A DNA stretch of 63,657 nucleotides, the filler included, from Phoronis australis (lineage: Eukaryota > Animalia > Phoronida), in the NCBI GenBank assembly GCA_002633005.1. It is 6 parts of 6 records of this genome, joined end to end, with 100 filler letters (N's around TTAATTAATTAA, not from the genome) between each part and the next. Parts side by side here need not be neighbours in the genome. Positions count along the whole stretch, not along the records: positions 1 to 8,667 come from NMRA01001005.1; positions 8,768 to 34,189 come from NMRA01000042.1; 4 more parts are not named here. One strand, written 5' to 3'. Shown here in pieces: positions 1 through 12,900 of the stretch. The notes below the pieces were generated by a model. It made no database searches. It was not told the origin of the DNA and saw only the letters and a program-made list of their open reading frames with translations. Position 1 is the first letter of the stretch; the number at the start of each line of letters is the position of its first letter. The position numbers were made by a program, and so were the translations under genes.

Positions 1-18
1 CCCGTAGATCCGCCACTG
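1..18. mobile_element. Terminal inverted repeat of a related element
   Basis: TAGATCCGCCACTG is identical to the terminus at 62808-62821. Confidence 0.6.
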
Positions 19-3000
19 AATGATTACCTACTAGCCTGGATGTCAAATCTCCAATAGTAAGCATTCGTAGATAGTTCGTGTTTACTTTTCCTCTATCTAC
101 TGCTAGAGTGTGCACTTGCCGTCCAAGCAGAGTCTCAACGTTTGCATCTAAAACTGAGGCTTACTTTCAATGACACACTGAAAAATACTTTAGATTTTGA
201 GCACGCGTATTTTAAAAACACTGTTTTAGTATCATTTCAGTTAAAATCTTCATAAAACGGATTTTAACGCAAGTTTGTTCAGTCGAAACTAGTACACATT
301 CAACCCAACTCCAAATATTTTCAAACTTAACTGAATTTTACATATAGTTAATTTTAATTTTAGTGGTGCACTACTACCCAAAATGGCGTCTAGAGTAACG
401 ACTAATTCATGCATTATGGGTGCTTATTCAACTGCCGTCATACCCAATGAAAAATCTTTTTAAAACTGATAATAAAATAAAATACAGCAAACACAAGCAG
501 GTTCGAAAGTTACCAAATGTTTATATTTTAGTGTATGACGAAACTCATCCTGTGTTGTAAATTTTTGAATATAGGGGAAATAATATCTTTAAGACAAACA
601 AGCTAACAAGCACGCAAACAAGCAAAAAGTTACTAAATCAGCAAACCAGCAAGCTTTGTCAGAAATAAAATTTCCAAAAATAGAATATGTCTTACCAGTT
701 AGTTCCCTGAAACCAGTACTCGTTAACTCCATATCCACTTTCAAGTACAAGTTCTCAAAATCAAGATGGTCCAACGAACGAACTCATTTGAAAATTGTTG
801 TAAACGCACTGAAATGGACTCATCTCTTTATCGGTAGCTAAGAACAAAACTGTTCAAAGAATGACCCTCACTGACAAACTTTCAACTGCATGGCTAACAC
901 GTTTCAACACCAGCGATGGGTCATTTTCAATGTTTAAAAAGTGGCCTAGATAGTTTTCCACGGGGTAAATATGTATTATTACACCGGCTCACTGCATGGT
1001 AACAACAGGGGAGTGTGGCAGTGAAACCTCAAACCCCGGCATTCGTTTAAGTATAAGCAGCCCACTGCGTCAATGAAAAGACAACCTCCTTGCTTGAAAA
1101 GTGACCTTGATCGTGTGACCTTTTGGAGCGCCTCGGAGGTCACCTCTCAGTTATCGAGTTTCAGCTGATCCGTCACCAAATTAATTTTTGGCGTTCCTGT
1201 TATCATTTTGCGGCTTCCCTCAATTTTCCTTTAGTGACCCATTTTGAAGTAGCGCCCTCCGGGCGCGGAAGACGAACACCGTTCATCCCAAACCTTCTGC
1301 CGCCCGGTTGCTTGACGGCAGGTCTGGTTAGTTAGTACAAAACCGACCCTGAACCCCCCTCGGGTATAGCTGTTCCAGTACGTGACATGTTTCCAGTGCA
1401 AGTTTCCACAGATCCATGGTGTCATTTTACGTTCACCGGATAGAGATGCTAGTAAAGAAAGACTCGGCGGAGTCACAAATGGCACAACGAAAGCCATCAA
1501 GATTCTCGGCGTACAATCCGCCGCTGGTTGCAGTGGTTTAAGTTTGATACTTCTTTAGTTATCCTCTCGTCCGTCGTCATGCCATGAAGTCGGGGAGAGG
1601 CTACATGGAAGAATAAACATCTGGTAGGGGCCGGCAGTGCAGACCTCGAAACTAAGCGATCGGTGTGGTTAGGTTCCAGCCGCCAGGGGGCACGGTAGGA
1701 TTGAACAATGGCAAATATCTGAGGGACTTCAAAATCCTGATTAGTTAGCACCACACGCCCAGTGACGCCTTCAGCAGGTAGACTAATTTCACTTCAAGAA
1801 AATTACAGTAAACGTGCCGCAGCTACCGATGAATCCCGCCGGGCCGCATTTTGCCAGTGACAATACACTGGTTCCGTCCGAAATCCCAGTGCTCGTGTTT
1901 CCTGGGAGTAAATAGGCCCTGCAGACCCATGTGTGACTGAACTATACAAAATTGTGCATCAGTGACGGGCATTCACTTCTGAATATGAATTGACTTTTAT
2001 GTAACCAAGAGTTTAAAAAAACAGTCATTCCATCCACGTAGCAAATGTTTTAATTTTACCTGATTTTTAGTACGCACTTGTGTGCGCCATGCCGATGTAT
2101 GTGCATACGTAGTAGGTACACCCCTTTTTGTACAACACATCATGTATAACAAATATCGACACCGTCTTTTAAAAAAAGCTAAGGGTACAAAAGAAAGCTT
2201 TGTCTGCGTTGTACTGGTTTGGGGTTTTATTTTCGCATGAAAATAAATGCTCAGTCTCCCTGCCGCCACAAGCAGCTGTTAAAGCGTATTTTTGTGAATT
2301 TGCGTCGTGGCAAACTGGTTACAATGCTGGCTATGAAGTCTTTGGACGTCAAAAACTGGCATTTTCTATTCTACTGTTGTGCAAACTAGAGATAAGTGTC
2401 TATTGTTCTACGCATGAGTACACTGTGGTTTATTCAGCAGTTTCTAGTGTAAGTTTGCACCTGGTGACTTTTATATTCGAGCTACAAACACGAATAACAA
2501 CTCAATTTTTTTAGTTCAGACTCAGTCGAACTTTTAACATTAACGCTGGGGTCATCGAGCGCAAACTAGGACGAGGCAGTTAATAACAAACACTTATTTT
2601 GAGTTGGGACTGAAGTAGAACAGAAAATGCCAAAAATAACTTCATGTTCGTTTTCCGGTACTGAGAAAGATTAGAGCTGGACCCAATTTGCAGCGATAAG
2701 TGCAGTGAATCCAAAATTTTCTTACAGATGAGGGGTTTCACCCACTTTTCTTGAATTCAGTGATGATTTAATCAATCCGTCACGAGAATTAATATGATAG
2801 GATAATATTCGACATCCGACAATCCTATTTTTATGCCAAGATCATTGAAAACATTTCACCAGAGAAATAGCGTCACCTATTGACAGGCGCTCAACATCCG
2901 TGCCGTTCACGAATTCTCTTTGTGGTGAGGCCACGAACGTTGTGGAGAAGCAAAACACGTGAATTTGCAATGAGACAAAATTTAACCGGACACACGAAGC

Positions 3001-5896
3001 AAGAATCTGTGTTCATATTTGATGTGGTTGAAGACTTATAGTGTAAGAAGATGTAATTTAAACGAAGACATTTGTACCTGTTGTGACATTTGAAGAGGCA
3101 TGGAACGAGAAAGATTATCAAAAAATATCGTTTAAACAATTCCTGACGAAAGTACCATCTCTCAATGTCTACTACAGAGCTATTCACTTTCCCCTGTGAA
3201 GGAATTTCGAGAAAAATCACAAAATTCACGATTTTTAAAATACTCGTTTTGTGAAAACCCTATAGTCACCACAGAGTTTCTAATCCGTTCCCCAATGATA
3301 AAAGTGCGCATGCGGTTACAGTCATTTGATAAACAGCTAACTGACGAGATGCCTATTTTAAACGACGGATTATGTGTGATTGCACTCCGAATCTGAGGTC
3401 GACAGCACGGTATGAGGCAAGGCAGTGAAGCAAGGGATTTCCCGGAAACAATTCCAAGAGTATTTTAGTCAATATCTGAATACTACGATACAATTTTGAC
3501 TAACTTTAAAGATTTGGGAATTGTAATAATTGCCTCTTTTACCGGACTGGATGCTGCTTGAAGTCGCAAGCGTTTTTTTGCATCAGAGGTCAAAGGTAAT
3601 CTTTTCCATAATATGAGAAGAAATGTGCTACATTTATGTCTTACAATACCAAATAAAGTGACGTGCTTTGCCTTGTGGGGGAAATGGGACGAAGTGGCGA
3701 GCAGTTGACATGTCGTTCTTTTTTAAATTCGAAGCTAAACATCAAAGAACCGTAAAAATACCCGGTGAACAGGATGAAATCTGTTTCAGTGGCAGAGGAC
3801 CTCTTTGAGTTATACAATTTAATTTGTTTTTCGCGTTCCAGGCCTCTTTAAGAACCACTAGCACTTATCAAAAGATAGACCAAACACACAATAATGCAAG
3901 TATTTCAATTCGTTTTTACCAATTGCACAGTTTTCAAATGCGTATTTCTGCCNTCAGCTGGGTGATTTCTTTCAAACAATTTCTCTTCAAAATGGTGCTT
4001 GAAAAAATCCCTACCATAGAAAACTTCCCATGAATACAACGGGTTTCATTCTGGAAGTAAAAACACTGCAAATAGTCCATTTTCCTACTGCAGAAGGGGT
4101 TTTATTACGATACCTGTGTTTTCAAAACTTTGGGCACCAGACTCATTTTTGACAATAGGAATCTCTGAGCCGGCTTCTTCAAACTTTATGACTGAAAAAG
4201 ACAGCTGTCCAAGAATTACTACGAAAGAATTCAGTTGTTAGCATTAACCCTTATAAAAAGATCGTGCATTTGTAACATTTGGCTACATTTTCATTGAACT
4301 CCAAACCTCAGATCACATACCTAATGTTTTTTACCCACTGTCTAAGTGGGTGGAGATTCTGATAGTACAAGATTATACATAAAACTAAAGCTTAGGGCCC
4401 ATTTGGGACATCTATTGGGTATTTTCGTAGCTACAAATTTATCCTCGGAAGATCTAGAGCACCTCGGCTATTTTCCTATTTACAAATTTTTCTTCGAAAC
4501 CCTTCGGTTATTTTCGTAGCCTCAACTATCCTCTCAAAGATTAACGTTATCCAAAATATGGGAAGTCATGTGATTTTCAGTCTTGAGAATAATATGCTAA
4601 CTGAACTCTGCACACTTGCACAGTGCGTTCACCTATTAGGTGAAATTTGAGGTTACGAAAACACCCAAGGTGTTCTGGATGCCCTTGGAAGCAATTGTTT
4701 TCAGTGCATGCTCGAACTTTGGTCATTATGGCCAATTATTCTCCACTAAGTTTGAAAGTCAACGCANAGACCAAACACACAATAATGCAAGTATTTCAAT
4801 TCGTTTTTACCAATTGCACAGTTTTCAAATGCGTATTTCTGTCGTGCATGTCGTTTTTCCAAGCTTATTTACTAAGACAAATTTCAGATTTACGGACTTT
4901 GACACTTGTGGAACTAAAACTACGGATTAAAAAGTAGTGTCTATGCAAAACAGCGTTTATGACCCGAACCATGAGTACTGCAGGTACTTTGAAAGACGCT
5001 CAGGCTAACTCATTGGTTATTTCTGACCAGTCCAAAGGAACATAGCAAATTTTCTTATAGTAAATTTGTAAACAAGTGAAATGTTTCATGAATGCGATTA
5101 CAAAAATCTTTTTAATGCAACATATAATTTAAAATCATGCCCAATCCCCAACTTTCTTTAATGTACATGTACTACACTGTGTCTTGGCACTAGTTCTGCA
5201 CTCATCCGTCAGTTTACATATAAATCGAAAGATACGTGAATGAGTCAGAAACCAGGAACAGGCAGAAAGCTTGGACGAATCCGCAAATATAATAAATGGC
5301 TCTAAACATTCTTATATATTTCTTTAAACGGGAAAATCTGCTTAGAATCCTTATTTTATACAAAAGTATGAAAAATGAGAGTAACGCTACTCGAGTGTAT
5401 AGAAGATACTTTTGTTCTGAAAAAGAACACTGGACGGTGACCGTAAATTGCACCTATTTTTGGCAATTTGTAACAAAATTTTCTTGTTTTATACTAACTT
5501 CAAGAAGTCTGTCCCATTCAAGAAATGCGTTTTCTGACATAAAATCGGTGTCTCTTAAAGGCACACAGGATTTTATGAGCTATTCACTGAGAGTTAGGCG
5601 TTACTAAAGTGAGGTCTACAGGTGCACAGATAACGTGGACTGTCCTGCTGACTAGCTGAGGCGAATGGCCAAGATAATTTCGTAGACGGATACACGAGAA
5701 TAGTCGCACCCTTCACATCATGATGTTGAAATCTTTGAGACGATTGAAGGAAGTTGTATCTCAACACAATTTAGTGCAGCAATCGTTCTCGCGTATTGGA
5801 AGACAGTATAAAGCTGGCCAAATCTCATCTGAATCGCAGCCCCAACGTGTTCCTTGCTTCAGCTCAGATACCACTGGCTGAGGTAATGCGTAACTG

Positions 5897-8073
5897 CTAT
5901 CTTCTCTGAGCAGGACTCATGACAATCTCATATTCGCTCTCGTTATCTTCTACACTTATACCTTGCAGTTTCTCATACTCTTCCTGTATATACCCCTCCC
6001 TGTTTGCCAGTCCTTCATAAACGGAGGCTCGTGTCACGTTGACGTACGCCGCGTCCTCAGGTTGTAAATGGACAGGGGCTTGCAATTCTGAGTAGGCTTC
6101 ATTTTCTTCACCCTGAGCTCCGACATCTGGGTCAGGTGTATCCACCATCTCTATCTTTTCCAGCATAGTTCGGTTGCGGCCAAGAGGTACACCTGTCAAA
6201 GTATAATGTTGTGGGTATCGTATAATGAAATATTCCAAGATGTCACACTGAAACCAAACCCAGACATTCATTCTCTGAATAAAACTTGACAATGGTGGAT
6301 GTTATACCGCCGAAACATGTCGCTGCATTTTAGAAAAGTTGTTGGCTTAATTCAAACTTTGTTTGTGTTCGGCAGTGTAAGATCTTTCGGTAACAGCACA
6401 TTTTTGTGCTATGGAGAAAGCTAAAATTAACATTTATGGTTAGTAACGACATTTTGGGACAAGTTACAGAGTATTCTGTGCAGTAATTGAAAAGATCATG
6501 TATATGAAAGTTTTTAGCGAGGTTTCGAAAACATAACCGACATGAGTGCGGTTGTGGTGAAAACACTTACCTATTAGCCTCACTAACAAGTCGTCAATGG
6601 AAAGTTCCTCCATAGAGTTTGTTGCAAGCTGTTCTCCGTCGACTGCTGGACGAGCAGGTCTACGCACTCGCAATCTCAATGACTCAAGCAAAGTAGCAAC
6701 GTCTATATCTAAAAATGAGGTTTATTTTATACCATAGAGGGAATTTTGAATTAAAATTATCAAAAGACAATTGTTAAAAAAGAAATGACAATTTTGAAGT
6801 TGAAATGTAATTTTGCTTACCAGGTCTCCCGCAAGCAGCACTTGTAAACTCCGTTTCAACCTAACAATACAAATTCTCATAGTTAATTCTCGATCCAATA
6901 ATTGGCAGCCTTTGCTGTGCACTGAATTTGGACGGAAATTGTTTCAGTTTCGCTTTTTCTTTCTTCCTCGAGCGACGTTATAGCGACTCGGTTGCGCCTT
7001 GATATGCAACTATATTGTACGGCCTGTGCACACGCGAGAAGTGTGATCATTAGACAGTCCCAACGTCTCAACCGGCCGAGTAGTTGTTTTTATGGACAAC
7101 TTGTAAATGTGACCAAAAAAACACTCATGATGTAGATGTACCTTGGGGGCTCACATAAGACGCATCATGCAGTGCTATTTCCCACCTTAATACTTACTGG
7201 ACACGGTTGAGTGCTTTATAGAGGATCATTTTCCACACAAACTCATCCGTAAAAACATTTGGCAATTTTCAAGCTACGTCATATGCACATGTTGTGTTTC
7301 TAACTTATTTGACCACGCAATCACAGATAAGGAATTAGCGTGGAAGTTCCAATTTAAAACTCTTCCCAGATCAAACACCTACTCCCACAATCATTTTTTT
7401 TCTTCGAACAGTCCTTCAGTTCCCAAATCGGTAACTGATCCTTTTTTCACCGAACGACGGGCTGTTCAAAGAAAAGTTTGATTGCGGTAGTATTTGTTCG
7501 AGCTGGGAGAGTTTATCAACGAACTCTTAAGATGTCCTCTATGCCGTGCAAGAGGTATTTATGAGCAACATGACTTTAAGTGGAATAATTCGGTGAGTAC
7601 AACAGCAAGTCGGTTTTATGCTTAGGCAGACGAACATTGGGTTCCCCAGTATATTTGTTCGAGTTGGAAGGAATTAATCACATCGACAACCTCCTAAGGT
7701 GTTCCTCTATGCGCAAAAGGTATTTATAACAACGTGACTTTGACGGTTTAGTCGGTGCAAGGCATAATTCGTCGAAAACCTCCCGGCGTACAGAGCGCCT
7801 ATAGCCTCTGCATCGCCTCTGGTTCGGGCCAACAGAGGCGATGGTCATTGCCTACTGTACTGTGCTGCAAGCCAGGATACTGACTATCTGTTAATGTCAA
7901 TCAACTGGTCAAGCCCTGAAAGGCAGCCTTGAAATAGGGGTAGTTTCCAATGCTCATTCTGATATTTTTTCAGTAAAAAGTCTCCGCCTGCCATCATATT
8001 ATGATCACACTGACTGTAGATTCACTAGACTAGTCAAACTTACCGCCCTTTTGTTTCTTGTCCATGACGCCAT
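5897..8073 (-). CDS. Putative 4-exon orphan gene, ~167-aa acidic protein with multiple Yxx[LV] motifs (exons 8073-8044, 6860-6821, 6708-6571, 6192-5897)
   Basis: aaaaATGGCG start with GTAAGT donor; downstream exons have canonical AG/GT sites and matching phases (0,1,1). Last exon contains YSEL, YVNV, YEGL, YEKL, YEIV. First exon is least certain. Confidence 0.55.
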
Positions 8074-8667
8074 TTTTATAATTGAGGAGCCACCGGATGT
8101 TTTAACTATTATATTCAAGCGCGTCTTAAGTATGAATGTCAGGGAATTATTCCTTAAAATATGTCACTAAATACCCGTTCATGACTTAATGCGTTTTTTT
8201 AATTGTCAAACCTAAATTGTAGTACACAATATTAGTAGATTATAAAATGTTAAGCGTTGTTCAGAGCGTCTAAGCCCCGGATGTTGTTTGATCGTCGTTC
8301 AGCACAGTTTGTCTGGTGAGCTGAAAAGTGGGCGAACATCTCACCATTGCAATTTGATCTCCGAATCCGAAGGTTTAATTGCACCCGTTTTCAGGTAAAT
8401 TCAGCCACTTGTTTGTGTATATGTTCTCAAATATTGGACTTAACCTGTGATAAAGTAAGAGGCTACAGGCAATTACAAGTCGCCCTGAACCTGAAGGGGT
8501 GAATGCCGCAGGCGCAGGCTACACTTACAGCCTACAGGGACACTTAGGCCCTTAGGGCAATGACCATCGCCTCTGTTGGCCTGAAGCAGAGGCGATGCAG
8601 AGGCTATAGGCGCTCTGTACGCCGGAAGCTTTTCAGCGAATTATGCCTCGCACCGACTAAACCATCA
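7741..8667. mobile_element. Pair of ~113-bp inverted repeats (7741-7853 and 8553-8667), transposon-derived
   Basis: Arms are close reverse complements; each holds an internal hairpin CATCGCCTCTG...CAGAGGCGATG; right arm abuts the gap. Confidence 0.7.
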
Positions 8668-8767
8668 NNNNNNNNNNNNNNNNNNNNNNNNNNNNNNNNN
8701 NNNNNNNNNNNTTAATTAATTAANNNNNNNNNNNNNNNNNNNNNNNNNNNNNNNNNNNNNNNNNNNN
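8668..8767. other. Scaffold gap with artificial TTAATTAATTAA linker
   Basis: 100-bp N block with a central all-frame stop linker. Confidence 0.97.
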
Positions 8768-9475
8768 GGGGATGTGGAAACGATAATTCACACAGTCACG
8801 CTTACGTGCAGGCTGACGCAAGAATAGTAAAGAACAGCCAGCGACATTAGTTAAATCTGCTAACCAGTTTGACTGAGATGCAATAAGCGAAAAACAAAAT
8901 TTGACTAGCCATTTTTTTATTACTTCAAGATCATACACAAACATACATTATTGCCAACGTTTGAATTCAGAAATCGACAGGCAGCAATGAAATCAGTAAC
9001 CCAGTAAGGCACTTGTACTGTCCCTTCGGTCGCCCCACATCCTCTATAATCCAGCAGTTATATTCATCAAAATATTGAGAATTTGACATCTTTCCGTGAG
9101 ATTTGTTCGAAATACGAGAGCTTCCCACCTTAATAGAATTTGGAGGGTTGGCAAAACCATTGTCACATTTCTCTGGCCTGATTTTTTCGAATATATGTTT
9201 TATCTAGTGCACTGCAGACGGAAACACAGCGCTGCAGACAAAGTCGCTGAAAGCAGAGGTTTTGATGCTGGCGGCGTTCTTAATTTTTGCAAACAAGGGA
9301 AGAAAATAAAGTGACAAAAAGGTTCAAGTATTATATTTTGAAGTGAGTTCATGACCCAAGACAATAACTCGTTACCTGTATTGTAATTCAGATTGCTAAA
9401 CCACCGTCTCGGAGTCCCGATCTCGATCGTCGATCTTTTTCTAAAAGTCAGGGAATCGCGCGTTTCCTTAGCACT

Positions 9476-9664
9476 AGGCGCTAAATCTTCATTCTTTAAA
9501 AGTCGGGGATGGGTGCTTAACCGAGAGGTGGGCGCTTAACAGGAAATCTTCAAAAATCGCAGGGGGGCACTTAACTGAGCAGTGGGCGGTTAAATCGAAA
9601 ATCCACTTAAAGTCGGGGATGGGCGGTTAACTGAGCATGGGCGTTAACCCGAACGATTACGGTA
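9476..9664. mobile_element. End of a Tc1/pogo-type MITE
   Basis: About six GGGCRCTTAAC-like subterminal motifs followed by TTACGGTA terminus; other end not found. Confidence 0.5.
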
Positions 9665-9776
9665 CTTGCAAACAATATAGCTAGATTCACATCAGTGCTA
9701 TTTAGAACTTGCTTGTAAGTATAATCAAAGACAGATGACACAACAGCAAACCTCTCTCAATAGCCAGTTAACTCAC

Positions 9777-9914
9777 CCCGTTTATCTTCTGACATACACA
9801 GCAGATGTCACCATCGGTCTCTACTTCCTCCATCAAACTGCGGTAGGAAGTGAGACTAGCTAGAAGACTGTCCAATAGAGTACTACCCTGGTCATTCAAC
9901 ACTTGACCGTGAAC
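9777..9914 (-). CDS. USP34: USP34 exon (last visible; ends in a donor, no stop)
   Basis: VHGQVLNDQGSTLLDSLLASL...QKING then GTGAGT. Confidence 0.85.
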
Positions 9915-12900
9915 CTACAGAGAGATGAGACAGTGAAGGCAAAAGACCTGCAAGTCTTCTATTCACAAATTATCTCACAAGGAAATACTTGGTTGTGTTT
10001 TTGAGAATTCACAGACATTTGATAGTTACAAACACAGGCAACAAAAGCACAGTATACACGCTTACTCTGCAACATGATTCAGAAGATGCTCAAAGCATTG
10101 GTATTATTAGAAACATTAAGGCCAACATTAACTTATATGTAGAAGCAAATAAATATTAAATAGATGGAAAACTCATTCTTTGTTTTCCCATGCCAACAAA
10201 ACTTTATGCCAGACAACTATTGAGTTTACTGTCCTCTCTAATGTCCATAGGCTGCACATATTATATGAACATGACAATTATTAAAAATCTCACTCACCTT
10301 TGGAAAGAAGTTGCAAAAGAACTGGTAAATGATAGGATTGTTGAGCGACTGTCTCTCGTCCAATAAGACGGCGTCAACATAATCGATGAAGTAGGAACTA
10401 TTGCACAGTGCATCGATACAGGACTTGTCTATGTGCTGGAATTTAAAGTGAACGCCAATATTAACATCATCACTAGAATCAAAGGTTAAGACTTCATCAC
10501 CACACAGGTTGTAAATTGCATAGCTCCCTGAGACTAGATCAGTTAAATATGTCGGTGTCAATATGTGAATCATGTAATATGACATACCATTGATTTACTC
10601 TTGTTTAGAATTCAGATTTTTTATAACTACAATAAGTCACCAGCAGAGGGAGTTGCCAGTTGACTGGGAAATAAAGGCAAAGTTTTAGTGATCAACATTG
10701 GAATGAGACTGCTGGATCACACAAATAATTACAGTGTGAAAAGCTAACCAAACGAATACTATTCTGAAGCAGCTCAGAGCATTCACGTGTTCCCAATAGG
10801 TGATTTTTGTTTCAATTTATTTGTCAGAAATCTTCACAAAAACAGAGAACTGGTGACAATTTACAATTTAATCTCAATAGCAATAATTAGCTTGCCTCTG
10901 AAAGGTAGATAGAGCTACTAATTCTTACTGGAGTCCCACTCGATGTAGTAGATCCCATTGCAACTTGGCAAACAGTTCGCGCAGGAGAACATCGCAAGCA
11001 TACCAGTTTAGTAGCTTAGGTCTAATCTTTGTACTCAAAATTGTAAAAGGTCAGACCCCTGGCCCTGAATGAGACTTCCCAAAAAGTCCAGCATCTCCAA
11101 TGTGTCTATACAGTGCTCACCTCAGAGTGGTAGATCTCATTCCATAACTTGGGGAAGTAGAGAGAATGAAGAGGCACAGCTTCATACGCCACTAGAGCAC
11201 TTAAATTGACAATGGTCTCATTCACATTTTTCTGGTTGACTGCCATACGACACAAGAAGTCAACAAACACGTGATAGGGAGAGAAGTAGGCATGCAGTGC
11301 GCTGTCATAGTCATCATCAATACCCTGCAATTAAGAAGAGGAACAAAACACTTATAATACAAAGGACCACCTGCCAAGCTAAAGGAACATTGAGAATGTC
11401 TCATCAGAGACTTACTACAAGTCACGAGACTTGAAATACGCCGGTTGCCACCTGGCAGCAAATAAATGACATAAAGATACACTCTCCACTAGATAAAAAC
11501 CTTAACTTCATAGAATCATACTTTAAGCATTATGTACTATAGTGAATCATTGCCTTGTTAACTAGAGAGCACTAGGGGCTTTGGGAATGTATCTCATAAA
11601 CATTTATTATTATTACAAAACAGTTTTGTAATGACAGTTATCTGCAAAAACTACTCAAAATTATAAATAGAATAATGTCATCTTAAGCCACAGAAATAGT
11701 TACAAGTGAATTACACAACTGCTGCTCGATGAATACAGCTAAGCACAAAGCACCAAAAACCAAAATAAAATTTGATATTAGATAAATCACCACAATAAAC
11801 AGTTAAAAGGTCTTCTAATAATTCAAACAACAAACTCATAATCATTTACCGGAAAAAATCTTCAATTTAAGACACAATATAATAGACAACGACCTACAAA
11901 AATGTGTATAACTTTTCAACAGAAACAAAAATAAAGGAAGATTTTAATTTCTTGATTATTTTTGTTAAAAATTGAAAATTACCAACAAGACTACCCGTAC
12001 CTACCTTAGCACACTCTAGTTGATTATTTCTCAACATCATGTGAAACTGGGGCCGGGCTGGCCTCACATTGGACTTGGACGATGGCAGCTTCTGTCCTCG
12101 CCTCGGGAAGAACGGACCACATGACACTGAATAGTTGAAAAATGACGAGGTTCACAAATATTTTCACGAAAAATAACAAATGGAAATGAAGTAAGCAAGT
12201 TGTATATAACCTTACTTTTTAAAACATCAAATGGTATTTTAATAAGCAAACAAATTGTGGTAACATTGAAAATCTAAGTTTTTGTAAATTTAAACCTTTT
12301 GCACTTTACATAGGCGTTAATACTAATTCTTGACTGGCCACATGTGTGCCAGATCAAGGACTACAAAAACTGTCCAATTTCTATTTTGCATTGAACTGTG
12401 CGTCAGCGTAGCTCACAAACAGATTGGAAATGAATAACATGGATTACTGTCTTGTAGGATCTTAGTGACAAGTTTGTGCATTGAGCAGTAATAGTAATCA
12501 TTTTTCTGAAAGTAAAAAGTATGCAGAATTATTTTTTTTTACTTTATACCAATCTGTTATTAATTAGGTAATATGACGATGTGTTTTTTTGTAAAATTTA
12601 TCACAAAAGAAAGGAACATAACTCATCATGTAAAAGTGGAATATTTTACAAACAAATCGTAACAATGTTTTAAGAACAGTGCATAAAGCATAGTATCTGA
12701 AAGTTTCATATGAATCTGATGAGTCATTCCTGAGACATGAAGGTCTGTAGCCAGTTTTGGCCATTTTATTAGTGTCCAACATAACCTCTAGGTCTTAGTG
12801 TTTAGTAATTCCAAGCTGACAATAAACTGATCCCACATTGATGTAAGGGTAGCATTGTGTCGATGCAGACGAACACAAAATTGACAATCTTTCCGATCGG

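Noticed and set aside
3876-4841. Exact ~75-bp direct repeat (3876-3951 and 4768-4841)
   Set aside because: Each copy abuts a single N; most likely a contig-overlap or haplotype-merge artefact
6883-7071. 62-aa ORF as a signal-peptide exon of the tyrosine-motif gene
   Set aside because: No acceptable donor site before its stop codon
8712-8723. TTAATTAATTAA motif recurring five times
   Set aside because: Always centred in a 100-bp N block; an artificial scaffolding linker
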